From a virus (taxonomy: Duplodnaviria > Caudoviricetes), in the IMG/VR virus record IMGVR_UViG_3300020577_007133, positions 32,001 to 96,000 of that record: a stretch of 64,000 nt of DNA; one strand, written 5' to 3'. Every line of letters begins with the position of its first letter. The first letter of the stretch is position 1. The position numbers and the translations under genes are program-made. Below, piece after piece: positions 49,282-59,700 of this stretch. The notes beneath the pieces were generated by a model that was not told where the DNA came from, did no database searches, and worked only from the letters and a program-made list of their open reading frames with translations.

Positions 49282-50110
49282 TATCCGATGATTTTAAAAC
49301 TTTAATTAGTTCATTTATACTAATACCTTCTTTTTTTGCCATATTTTTAATGGATTTAAGATTTTTCTTTAATATTTTACTAACACTAACATCTTTTCTA
49401 ACAACATCAGAATCTGATTTTGATTTTTTGGTTAAAATATCTTCAACCATTTTTCTCATCATTTGTTTTTGTTGTTCTTCGAGTGAATTTTTTTCTGATA
49501 ATCGTTGTCTTAATTCACCATCTTCAACTTCTTCTTTTGGTAATTTACCAAATTGTTTTGCTCGTTCAACAGGATTTTCAACACCCATCTCTTTTAATTT
49601 TTTGACGGTATCATTGTAATCCATATCTTTAGTTTCTTCGTATCCAAATGCCTCAGAGTAATCCACTTCATTTAATACATCTTCACCTTCAGTACTTTCA
49701 CCATAATAAACTCTATAACCTCTCATTACCGGGTCATTAGTTGTTCTTGCAGCTTGAACCGTTTGGTCCATAGTTTTCTTAGGTGCTAAATATTGATTAT
49801 AACGAGGGATTCTTGACCCCAACATATTACCATCTTCATCTACCAATTCGTCAATTTCTTTTTTAGATTTAATACCTTTTAATTTTTTATCTAATGCTTT
49901 TTTGGTAACTTTTGATTTTGTTTTCATTGCACTTGAAACAACTCCCTTAACTTTTTTCTCATCTTTTTTATCAAAATCAATTTTCTCATCTGATTTCCTT
50001 GATTCGGTTATAGTTTCGGCCACATTATAATATAATGATATTTTATCACCTCTATCTTTCAAATAGAAATAACAATTGTTTTCAAAATATTCAGTATTAA
50101 AATTAATCAT
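49274..50110 (-). CDS. Hypothetical protein
   Basis: ATG 50110, 16 nt beyond the TnpB2 right end, preferred over TTG 50137. Confidence 0.65.
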   Translation of the reverse strand: MINFNTEYFENNCYFYLKDRGDKISLYYNVAETITESRKSDEKIDFDKKDEKKVKGVVSSAMKTKSKVTKKALDKKLKGIKSKKEIDELVDEDGNMLGSRIPRYNQYLAPKKTMDQTVQAARTTNDPVMRGYRVYYGESTEGEDVLNEVDYSEAFGYEETKDMDYNDTVKKLKEMGVENPVERAKQFGKLPKEEVEDGELRQRLSEKNSLEEQQKQMMRKMVEDILTKKSKSDSDVVRKDVSVSKILKKNLKSIKNMAKKEGISINELIKVLKSSDNE

Positions 50111-50126
50111 ATCAACTTTTTCTATT

Positions 50127-51353
50127 TGGACTACCAATATTATTTGGATTCTGAAACATTATTCAGAAGTTTAAACGTTTCATCGATTGTGCCAACTGAA
50201 GTTGGTCTTATTTCATCTCCACGTCTGTTATCGTCAGTCCCTGACGATTTATGTTTATATCCTTCTTTAAGGATGTTTATACTTGCGTTTAAATCTCTAT
50301 CTAATTTTATTTTACAAGATGGACAAGTCCATTCTCTAATATCAAGTTTTAGATTTTGATTAATGTATCCGCAACAATTACAAGTTTTACTGGAAGGAAA
50401 AAATCTATCAATTTTAACTATTTCTTTATCATTCCATTCCGCTTTATATGTTAAAAGTTCTATGAACTTACTCCACGAAGCATCTGAAATATGTTTTGAT
50501 AATTTATGATTTTTAATCATTCCTTTAATGTTTAAATCTTCCAATACAATTACATCGTATTTTTTGATTAATTCTGTGGATACTTTGTGCAAATTATCTA
50601 ACCTAGAATTGGTTATCTTCTTATAAATATTTGCAACTTTTAATTTTTCTTTTAAATAACGATTTGACCCATAAGTTTTTCTACTTAAATGTTGTTGATG
50701 TTCTTTAAGTTTTCTTTCATAGGTTTTTGTATATCTATTATTTTTGTATTTAAATCCTTCGGATGTAATCACAAAATCCTTTAAACCCAAATCAATTCCG
50801 ATTGATTTTCCTGTTTTTGGTAAGACTTTATGAGTTGTTTCTACCAAAATGGAAACAAAATATTCATTTGTTGGTGTTTTTAATATCGTACAGGATTTAA
50901 TTATTCCGGAGAAACTTCTTGATAAAATTAAATCAATCGGTTCTTTAAATTTAGGTATTTTTAGTTTTCCATCTTCTAACTTAACAAATTGTGGAACTTT
51001 AAAACTATTTTTAGATTTTTTTGATTTAAATTTTGGGAATTTTGTTCTTTTTTTAAAAAAACCATTATAAGCATCGTCTAAATTTTTTAACGATGATTGT
51101 AATGATTGAGAATTAATTTCATTTAACCAAAAATATTCTTTTTGTTTTTTTAATTCGGTTAATGATTTAGAATTATCGGAATAATTTAAGTTTTGTTTGT
51201 TATTCTCATATTCTTTTTTTCTTTCATTAAGAAAATAATTATAAGCAAACCTAATGGAACCAAAATGTTTGTTTAAAAGTACTTTTTGGTCTTCATTCGG
51301 TTTTAATTTATATTTATATGATTTTAACATTTATTCTATTTTCTTTATATAGA
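50127..51353 (-). mobile_element. IS200/IS605-like tnpB-only element 2 (left boundary approximate)
   Basis: omegaRNA-like hairpins at the 3' end (ATCGTCAG-GGA-CTGACGAT; CCAAC-TTCA-GTTGG; TTCTGAA..TTCAGAA) and right end GGTAGTCCA at 50135-50127; no tnpA. Confidence 0.65.
50140..51330 (-). CDS. tnpB: TnpB RNA-guided endonuclease (IS200/IS605 family, tnpB only)
   Basis: KSYKYKLKPN HTH; RuvC motifs GIDLG, VLEDL, DRDLNAS; Zn finger CNCC..CPSC. Confidence 0.93.
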   Translation of the reverse strand: MLKSYKYKLKPNEDQKVLLNKHFGSIRFAYNYFLNERKKEYENNKQNLNYSDNSKSLTELKKQKEYFWLNEINSQSLQSSLKNLDDAYNGFFKKRTKFPKFKSKKSKNSFKVPQFVKLEDGKLKIPKFKEPIDLILSRSFSGIIKSCTILKTPTNEYFVSILVETTHKVLPKTGKSIGIDLGLKDFVITSEGFKYKNNRYTKTYERKLKEHQQHLSRKTYGSNRYLKEKLKVANIYKKITNSRLDNLHKVSTELIKKYDVIVLEDLNIKGMIKNHKLSKHISDASWSKFIELLTYKAEWNDKEIVKIDRFFPSSKTCNCCGYINQNLKLDIREWTCPSCKIKLDRDLNASINILKEGYKHKSSGTDDNRRGDEIRPTSVGTIDETFKLLNNVSESK

Positions 51354-51432
51354 ATAAATATCATAAAAAATAGAAAAAACCTAATTTAATTACAGATTAT
51401 TTTATTTTTAACTATTTATTGTAAAAAAGATT

Positions 51433-54400
51433 GTGAGTCAGAATATAAATCAATATCCAAGACCTAATTGGGGTATAAAGTTAGCGATTGATGCTAGTGA
51501 TATGACCTTAGTTAATGATGAGAGAAACTATAATGAAGAAGTGGTTTTCTCACCATATCTTATTGCTCAAACATACGGTAATAGATTACCTTTTTCTTTT
51601 GATACTAATAATTCAGATTCGGTACAACCATTAGATTTGAGTTACAAACAATATGATTTTGATAATGTTTTTGTATCAACGAATTATTATAACCCGGACA
51701 ACATTGATTTAAGTTGTTTAACCGCAAACACATCTTGTGATATCGGTTTAACAGGTATTGACAATGGTTTGGTTACGGATATGACGGGTCAAACAATAAC
51801 ATTTACGAATGGAATTAATGATTTCACCAAATTTGATAGATTATCGTTTGATAGAAGATTAAAAATGTTCCAAGTTACGGGATATACCAGTTCAAATGTT
51901 AGATTCTCGGGATTTGATAAGACCATATTATATGAGGTTGTAAGTAAAAACGATTCTGTTGGGTATTATCACGAATTATATGGTGGTTTCTACCAAGGGT
52001 TTTATAAGTTATTTGGTTATGATTATGAAATTTTCCCTGAAAGAATGAATAAGGGATGGTCGGTTGAGATGTTATTAAAACCAAGATTAACTAACGAATA
52101 TGGACCATCTTCAGGTGAAACAACATTAAACGAAATATACCCGGAAAATAAAGATATTTTCTTTTATTTTGGAACTCGTGCTGAGAATAAATTTTATCAT
52201 TATGCTGATGGACATCCAAGATGTTTAACTGGATATAATAGAGTAACTTCAGAGGTTACCGGATTAACAACTTGTGCTTGTTGTGATAATTCTGTGGTTA
52301 ATAGTAGATGTATCTATGTTTATCCACCAAGACCAACAGATAAAGATTGTAATGGATGTATAACTTGTGGATGGGAATATAAAATTCACGATTGTCCGGT
52401 TGTTACCCCAACTCCAACACCAACCCCTACACCGTCACCGACACCGTCAAATTGTGAACCTATTACCGCTTGTACCGAAGGTTGTACTTGTTTAAATTGT
52501 ACAACTTGTAATGAATGTAAAGTGTGTGATACTTGTAATTTAACACCGGGTTCGGTTGAGAATACTTGTGAGAGTGACCCGTTATATGATTCGATGTCTA
52601 ATGTAATTGCATTAAAATTATGTGGTGACCCAAAAAACCCACAAATCGGGGTTAGATTATTAAGATTTACCGGAGATTGTGTAACAACCGGTAGTTGTTC
52701 AACAACAGGTATAACATATTCAACAGGTTATACAATAGATAATTATTGTACTCCAAACGGAATATATGATTATTGTGAGAATATAAATCCGGATTATTTG
52801 GAAAGCGAACATTGGTTCCACGTAACGGCCGTTTGGGAAAGATATACTTGGTTAGATACTTGTGATTTATGGTATAGAGGTGGATTAGGAGATATAACTG
52901 AAACTAAATACTTAGATGGTTTAGCGGAAAATTCTGTTGCACTAATTACTGTACCATATACTCAAACTTGCGGAACTGACCCACAACAAATCGATTTGGT
53001 TAATCTAAATGAAAAATGGTTAATCGATAAAGATTTCAGAAAAGGAAGATTAAAAATTTATGTTAACGGAAGGATATTCCATACATTCCAAGACATTGAA
53101 GAAATAATACCGAGAGGTTTAAATACCGATAAAGAGAAACAGGTTGGAGTCCCATTTAATATTTCTTGGGGTGGTGGAACACAAGGTTTAAGAGAGAATT
53201 TAACATTCTCATCAACAACCGGAACAACATATATCCAAGACCCAGAATCTTTACCAACAAATGACTTAAGTGGTACCACATATAGTGGTTTAACTACTAA
53301 TATATTATTGGAACAAAATTTCGGTGGAACATTTGAGGGGGGGGTATCTCAATTCAGAATGTATGTATCACCATTATCAGCACCTGAGGTTAAACATAAT
53401 TTCAACTTATTAAAAGATACTTTTGATATGTTTAATCCGGATTGTCCTGATTGTGGTGAAAATTTCTGTCCGGTAAATGATTTTAGTTACGAAATTAATG
53501 GTGAAACCCCAACACCTACACCTACGATAACAGAAACTCCGACTAATACCCCAACTCTAACCCCAACACAAACACCGACAAATACTCTAACACCAACACC
53601 TACAATAACAGAAACTCCAACTAATACACCAACAATGACACCCACGCCAACTCTTACGTCAATCCCGCCACAATTAACCCTTATAGTTGATTATACACCA
53701 GGCTCTATCATTGCTTCATATTCATTATTTTTAAATCGTTTATTTACCGAAGAGATAAATGTTACTTTTGAAAATATTTTAGATGTTTATAGTGGCAACC
53801 CAATTACGATAGTTACGGGTGTTACTATTAATTTAGGTAATTTTTCAGGACAAACTATTGTAACAATAAATGAAGATTACAATAACTTTAATGGTAATGT
53901 TAGTTTTAGTCAATTATCTGGTACTCCAAGTGGAAGCACATATACAATTGAGTATATTAATCCATTTCCCACACCAACACCAACTATAACCAATACTCCA
54001 ACCGAGACTCCAACTCAAACACCGACCGAGACTCCTACAAATACGCCAACACCAACGGTGACTGAAACTCCTACAAATACACCTACTAATACACCTACAC
54101 CTACTGTAACTGAAACGCCAACTAATACACCAACTCCAACTGTAACAGAAACTCCAACAAATACTCCTACTCCAACAGAAACTCCTACACCTACTGTAAC
54201 TGAAACTCCTACGCCTACTGTAACCGAAACTCCGACAATTACACCTACCCCAACAGTAACGCCAACTCCAGGACTATCACAAACACCTACACCTACAAAT
54301 ACTGTAACTCAAACCCCAACTAACACCCCTACAAATACTGTAACACCAACAATGTCGTCACAAACAGTTACATATTCAACATCAACATCTATTATTGCAA

Positions 54401-55674
54401 ACCCTGAAAGAGGTTTACAAAAATATTCTAAAAATGTGAGTAGTAATGGTTCTTACGATTTTGTTAATCAAACCACATTAATTAATAATAGAACGGGTAG
54501 TGATAAAGTAACAGTTTTATATAGATATATAATCCTGAGTGGGTACAATAATACGGATATTATAGATTCCACTTATTTGGATAATTTACAAACAGATTTT
54601 AATAGAATAAGAAATGCTGGAGTTAAAGTGATTCCTAGAATTAGTTACAATATAGTAACAACCGCTAATACACAACCTTCAAAGGCTAGAATTATATCAC
54701 ATATAGAAGCATTGGCGAGTACAATAAATGCAAATAAAGATATTATTTTATCTATACAAGCAGGTTCTATTGGATTATATGGTGAGTGGTATTATACTGA
54801 TAGTAGTGTTGAGTTTGGAGACCAAGGTAATATATCCCCAAGTCAATGGTTAAACAGAAAAGATGTTGTTGATGCTATGTTAACTAACTTTGAAGATGTC
54901 CCTATTCAGGTAAGAACTGCTAAGGCTAAACAAGAAATGTACGGTAGTACTTTAATATCAGGTTCAACAGCTTATCAAAATACACCATTGGCTCGTGTTG
55001 GTTTTTATAATGACGCATTATTGAATGATTATGGGGATGAAGGTACATATGATGTTAGTGGTCAATGTACAAATCCTGTTGGTTCATTTGATTATGATTT
55101 TATATCTAATGCAGGTTTTTATCTACCTAACACCGGAGAATCAAATGGTTTTAATTCGTGTGATGGAGGATTAAGGACTAGTGGTGCAAACGCAACCTAT
55201 GAATTTAATTTATTAAATTTTAGTGTTATAAATAGAGATTATTACCTACCAATTTGGGATAATTGGATATCAACTGGTTATTATGATGAAATACTAAAAA
55301 ACATGGGTTATAGATTAGAATTAATCTCTTCAACTTTAAGTGGTAGTAATTTATCATTAATTATTGATAATGTAGGATACTCAAAAATACTTTTTGAGAA
55401 AAAAACATATATAATATATAGAGATAATTTAAATAACGAATATAAAAGACTTTTACCGTTAGATATAAGAACACTAACTAAAGGTCTTAATACTGTCAAT
55501 ATTACGCTACCGAATGATGTGCCAAGTAATTCTTATTCATTGTTACTACAAATAACGGATAAAAATAGTGGCTTGGAAAATAGAGTAGAATACTGTATCC
55601 AATTAGCAAATATCGGATTATGGGAATCAATTACGGGTTATAATAATTTATTACAAACAGTTATAGTAACTTAA
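51433..55674 (+). CDS. Large virion protein: LamG/concanavalin-like region, Pro-Thr stalks and C-terminal DUF4874/DUF4832-like putative glycoside hydrolase
   Basis: [21 protein letters not shown] (LamG-like); TETPTNTP repeats; C-terminal [32 protein letters not shown] and GYRLEL motifs; late motif at 51413. Confidence 0.7.
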   Translation: MSQNINQYPRPNWGIKLAIDASDMTLVNDERNYNEEVVFSPYLIAQTYGNRLPFSFDTNNSDSVQPLDLSYKQYDFDNVFVSTNYYNPDNIDLSCLTANTSCDIGLTGIDNGLVTDMTGQTITFTNGINDFTKFDRLSFDRRLKMFQVTGYTSSNVRFSGFDKTILYEVVSKNDSVGYYHELYGGFYQGFYKLFGYDYEIFPERMNKGWSVEMLLKPRLTNEYGPSSGETTLNEIYPENKDIFFYFGTRAENKFYHYADGHPRCLTGYNRVTSEVTGLTTCACCDNSVVNSRCIYVYPPRPTDKDCNGCITCGWEYKIHDCPVVTPTPTPTPTPSPTPSNCEPITACTEGCTCLNCTTCNECKVCDTCNLTPGSVENTCESDPLYDSMSNVIALKLCGDPKNPQIGVRLLRFTGDCVTTGSCSTTGITYSTGYTIDNYCTPNGIYDYCENINPDYLESEHWFHVTAVWERYTWLDTCDLWYRGGLGDITETKYLDGLAENSVALITVPYTQTCGTDPQQIDLVNLNEKWLIDKDFRKGRLKIYVNGRIFHTFQDIEEIIPRGLNTDKEKQVGVPFNISWGGGTQGLRENLTFSSTTGTTYIQDPESLPTNDLSGTTYSGLTTNILLEQNFGGTFEGGVSQFRMYVSPLSAPEVKHNFNLLKDTFDMFNPDCPDCGENFCPVNDFSYEINGETPTPTPTITETPTNTPTLTPTQTPTNTLTPTPTITETPTNTPTMTPTPTLTSIPPQLTLIVDYTPGSIIASYSLFLNRLFTEEINVTFENILDVYSGNPITIVTGVTINLGNFSGQTIVTINEDYNNFNGNVSFSQLSGTPSGSTYTIEYINPFPTPTPTITNTPTETPTQTPTETPTNTPTPTVTETPTNTPTNTPTPTVTETPTNTPTPTVTETPTNTPTPTETPTPTVTETPTPTVTETPTITPTPTVTPTPGLSQTPTPTNTVTQTPTNTPTNTVTPTMSSQTVTYSTSTSIIANPERGLQKYSKNVSSNGSYDFVNQTTLINNRTGSDKVTVLYRYIILSGYNNTDIIDSTYLDNLQTDFNRIRNAGVKVIPRISYNIVTTANTQPSKARIISHIEALASTINANKDIILSIQAGSIGLYGEWYYTDSSVEFGDQGNISPSQWLNRKDVVDAMLTNFEDVPIQVRTAKAKQEMYGSTLISGSTAYQNTPLARVGFYNDALLNDYGDEGTYDVSGQCTNPVGSFDYDFISNAGFYLPNTGESNGFNSCDGGLRTSGANATYEFNLLNFSVINRDYYLPIWDNWISTGYYDEILKNMGYRLELISSTLSGSNLSLIIDNVGYSKILFEKKTYIIYRDNLNNEYKRLLPLDIRTLTKGLNTVNITLPNDVPSNSYSLLLQITDKNSGLENRVEYCIQLANIGLWESITGYNNLLQTVIVT
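53968..54350 (+). repeat. Coding Pro-Thr (mucin-like) tandem repeat
   Basis: About 125 codons of [12 protein letters not shown]-type units. Confidence 0.9.
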
Positions 55675-55689
55675 AACATAAAATAAAAA

Positions 55690-56709
55690 ATGAGTACAAT
55701 TACAATACAAAGTATAAATTATAGTGGTGAGGTTGCAAATATTATATTTAAACCTTACGGACTAAATAATGTGATTAATTTAGGGAATCAAACGTTACCT
55801 TATATTTTTAACCCAACATTATTAACACCACCCCAAAATGTATATGGTGTTTATACCATATTGGTTGAGGGTGCGGATTGCCCGTCAATATTAAATGTTC
55901 CATTACCAACACCAACTCCTACACCAACAATAACTGCAAGTCCAACACAAACACCAACACCTACGGTTACCCCTACAGTAACACCAACATTTGACCCTTG
56001 TAAAATAACACCAACTCCGACTAATACCCCAAGTGTAACCCCAACAAAAACACAAACACCAACACCGACACAGAGTCCGGGGGCGTCTCCAACACCAACG
56101 AATACACCAACCACAACAAAAACACCTACACCGACACCAACACCATTATATTTTGCGTATTTATTTATAGAACCGGTTTCAGGGTCAACAGATATTGGAC
56201 AATGGATGTATGATAATGGAAGAAATTTCTTTGGATTTACTAATTATTCCCAACCAACTCAAGACCAAACTGAGTTTGATATCGATATGAATACTTATGT
56301 TGATTTTAGTGGTTGGACTGACGGTTTGTTCCCGGCATTAATTAAACAAACGGTTCCACAAATATCAGGTGGTGAAGATAGTTTTAATAATTCAATCGTT
56401 GCTTACAATTTCTTAACAACTGAAATACCTAGTGATTACGTTAATGGATTTGGATGGTACTCTTGGATGATTCCGGTTTCATTAACAAATAATGAAAGAC
56501 AAATTATGATTGACTTGAATACTAGTAATAATCCTAATTTATTAACCGGTGTTGGTACAGAATTAACAATTAACTCTTACACTTTCACCTATACAGGAAC
56601 AACGATTCCGCAAACAACTTATAGAGTTTACACAACGTATCCTAATACTATATTTAAAATAATAGACACTCAAAATATTTATATGAGAGGTAATACAATA
56701 GCACCATAA
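55690..56709 (+). CDS. Virion protein with Pro-Thr linker
   Basis: 339 aa with an ~80-aa PT tract. Confidence 0.65.
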   Translation: MSTITIQSINYSGEVANIIFKPYGLNNVINLGNQTLPYIFNPTLLTPPQNVYGVYTILVEGADCPSILNVPLPTPTPTPTITASPTQTPTPTVTPTVTPTFDPCKITPTPTNTPSVTPTKTQTPTPTQSPGASPTPTNTPTTTKTPTPTPTPLYFAYLFIEPVSGSTDIGQWMYDNGRNFFGFTNYSQPTQDQTEFDIDMNTYVDFSGWTDGLFPALIKQTVPQISGGEDSFNNSIVAYNFLTTEIPSDYVNGFGWYSWMIPVSLTNNERQIMIDLNTSNNPNLLTGVGTELTINSYTFTYTGTTIPQTTYRVYTTYPNTIFKIIDTQNIYMRGNTIAP

Positions 56710-56710
56710 T

Positions 56711-59700
56711 ATGAGTAATTTTTTAGAAAAAATACCGGTTTCACCTATAACTTCTTTTGGTAGTCCATCAGTAACGAATGGTTCTACTATTGGAACTAAC
56801 TTCAGTATTTTACAAGTTGGTGGATATATGGAAGTATATTCATTATCAGGTTTAACATATACAATACCACCGGTTACCGGTCAAATTGAATTTACCGGTA
56901 ATACAATTCCGATTCATTTTACAAAAGGTTCAGGGTCTGTATTCTCACCTGACGTATTAACACTTAACTCTGACAATATTTCTTCGGGTAGAAGAAAATT
57001 GGGAATGTTAGTTTATGTATATGAAACGGAGAAAATTTATCAATATACGATTGACAATTATGAGACATTATGGAATAACGCGACCGGAGCAACCGGTCCT
57101 GGTGGACCAACAGTGGTTATCTCAGATTTTGGAACAACAGTAAAAAATAACTCACCTGAAGGGATTGCTTTTATAAATGCTTGGACATCATCTACAATAT
57201 CAGGAATTGATGGTTATGACGATACAAATGCGTCTTGGAGAGTGTTACAAACAGGTGGGAGTGGAGTTTCAATAACCGGAGGTTCATTTAATAATACTAC
57301 GGATACTTTAACCTTAAATAATTCAACCGGTGGTACAATAACTATTACCGGATTCACAGATTATTATACAACCGGATTTACCTTTAATCCTTCTAACTAT
57401 GATTTAACGATAGAAAGAAATGACGGATTACCTAGTTTATCCGTTAATTTATCAATTTTAGCTTCGGATGTAACAATTACCGGTGGTACGTACAATTCAT
57501 CCACAGGTACCGTAACATTTACTAATAATACTGGTGGGACATTTAATGTTACCGGTTTTCTAACCGGTTTTACTGACATTTATGTAACCGGAGGTACATT
57601 TAATAATAGTACTAAAATACTAACATTAAGACGTTCAGATAATATTAATATCAATATCTCAGGGTTTACCGATACTTTTGTTACCGGAGCAACTAAGTCA
57701 GGGACGGTTGCAACATTTACTAATAATACCGGAGGTACATTTACATTAACAGGTTTGACGGATGTTTTTGTTACCGGTGGTACTTATTCATCATCAACCG
57801 GTATTACTACTTTTAGAAACAATACTGGTGGTACATTTAATATTTCGGGATATTTTAAACCTTCAGATGATATATATGTTACCGGAGGTACTGTTAGTCA
57901 CGGTCCAAACGAAGCAAATAATGTTTTATATTTAAACAGAAGTGATAATAATACGGTAACCATACAAAATCTTGTGGATGTTTACGAGATAAGTAGAAAT
58001 GATTTATTAGGTGTTATTGCAGATAAAGCTGTAATTAAAGGTAAAACATATAAAGTCAATAAATGTGACTCAGTATTATATGATAATGGTACAAATAGTG
58101 AAAGTGATAATGTTTATACCACGATATATTTAATAGGTGTTTCAAATAGCAAGGTGTCTGAGTCTGGTATTGGTGTATTTTATACCCCTAAATATTCTGA
58201 TATATCTATATTTGTTGAACTTTATGTGTATACAGAATCTGATTTAGTTATCTGGGGTGGTTATGTTTGGAAATGTAAAACAAGTGGTACGTATAATAGT
58301 CTTGACACTTTTACGTTAGATACTAATTATTGGGAGCTAATATTACCTTTTACCAATTCAAATGAACTTAACACTGAAGATTACACAATTCGTTATGATG
58401 ACGTTATTTATGATATAGATAATGATATAATCATTTATCGTAATGAAGAGAATATTAATATAGTAAGTACTACTGTTGAAAATATTGATTATTGGGTTAA
58501 TAAAAAATCATTTTATAATCCAATTAGAGCATTCCAATGGGGTAATATTTATACTAATGATAAAGGTATCGGGAACCAAATTATTATTAATTCATACAAT
58601 GAAAATATAAATTATACAGGTGATTACCAAATAAATTTTTACTTTGAAGGTGGAAGTTATTTGAGAAATAATTTTGTAGAGGTTGGTTCGTATCAAAGAA
58701 ATTTCTATTTTAAGGATAATTCATACCAAGATGATAGTACTTTAACCAGAATATCAAGTCAAAATTCTTTGTTTTTAACAAATAATTCTTATATATCAAA
58801 AATTACCCTTAGTCAATCATATCAAGACAATATCTATTTAGATAATGATTCTTATATGGACAGTATATTGATAACTAAAGGTTCAAATCAAACCTCTATA
58901 AAGTTAAATGGATATTCATATTTTGAAAATATTATATTAAAATCCGATAGTTCTTATCAAGATAGTTTATGTTTCACTAATAATTCATACCAATCTAACA
59001 TTACTTTTGGTCCTGAGTGTTATCAGTTTAATTTTAATTTTAATAATGGTTCATATCAAAATATTATAAATTTACAAAACAACGGTAAATTTTCACAACA
59101 AGAATATTTTGATTTTAATAACGGTTCTTACCAATCTAACATAACCATTGATTCTAATAAGCAAGAATATTTTACATTTAATAATGGTTATCAAGATAAT
59201 TGTAGTGATAATAAAGGTCAATCTTATATCGTAATTGAAAATGGTTCTCAGATAAAGGGTTTTACTGACGCTCAAGATAAAATAACAATTAAAGGTTATA
59301 ATTTAGATTGGGGAAGTTACGCATCAATAGCACAAAGTGGATTATTTTTCATCCACAATTTACCAAACGAAACAACAACAAGTCTTATAGGTAAAAAAGA
59401 TAACAGACTTGTTGAAGTTAGTGATTTATATTTTGATGGTAATAAATGGGTGTTAACTGGTAATATAACGGTTGGAGGTTTAACCGCAACAACACTTTCG
59501 GCATCCACATATTTAGGATTACCAATTGATATTAGAGTTACCGGAGCAACTAAATCAGGGACGGTTGCAACATTTACTAATAATACCGGAGGTACTTTTA
59601 CTCTAACAGGGTTGACTGATACATTTGTAACCGGTGTAACTTATATAAATAACACGTTCACATATACAAATAATACCGGGGGAACTTTCAGTGTGTTTTT

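Noticed and set aside
26185-51330. TnpB genes as Cas12f with a CRISPR array
   Set aside because: No repeat-spacer array was seen anywhere in the window; both genes have IS605-type HTH and right-end features
51369-51378. 10-nt match (AATAGAAAAA) between the TnpB2 guide and its own upstream region, suggesting autoregulation
   Set aside because: Low-complexity A-rich match expected by chance, with no evident TAM
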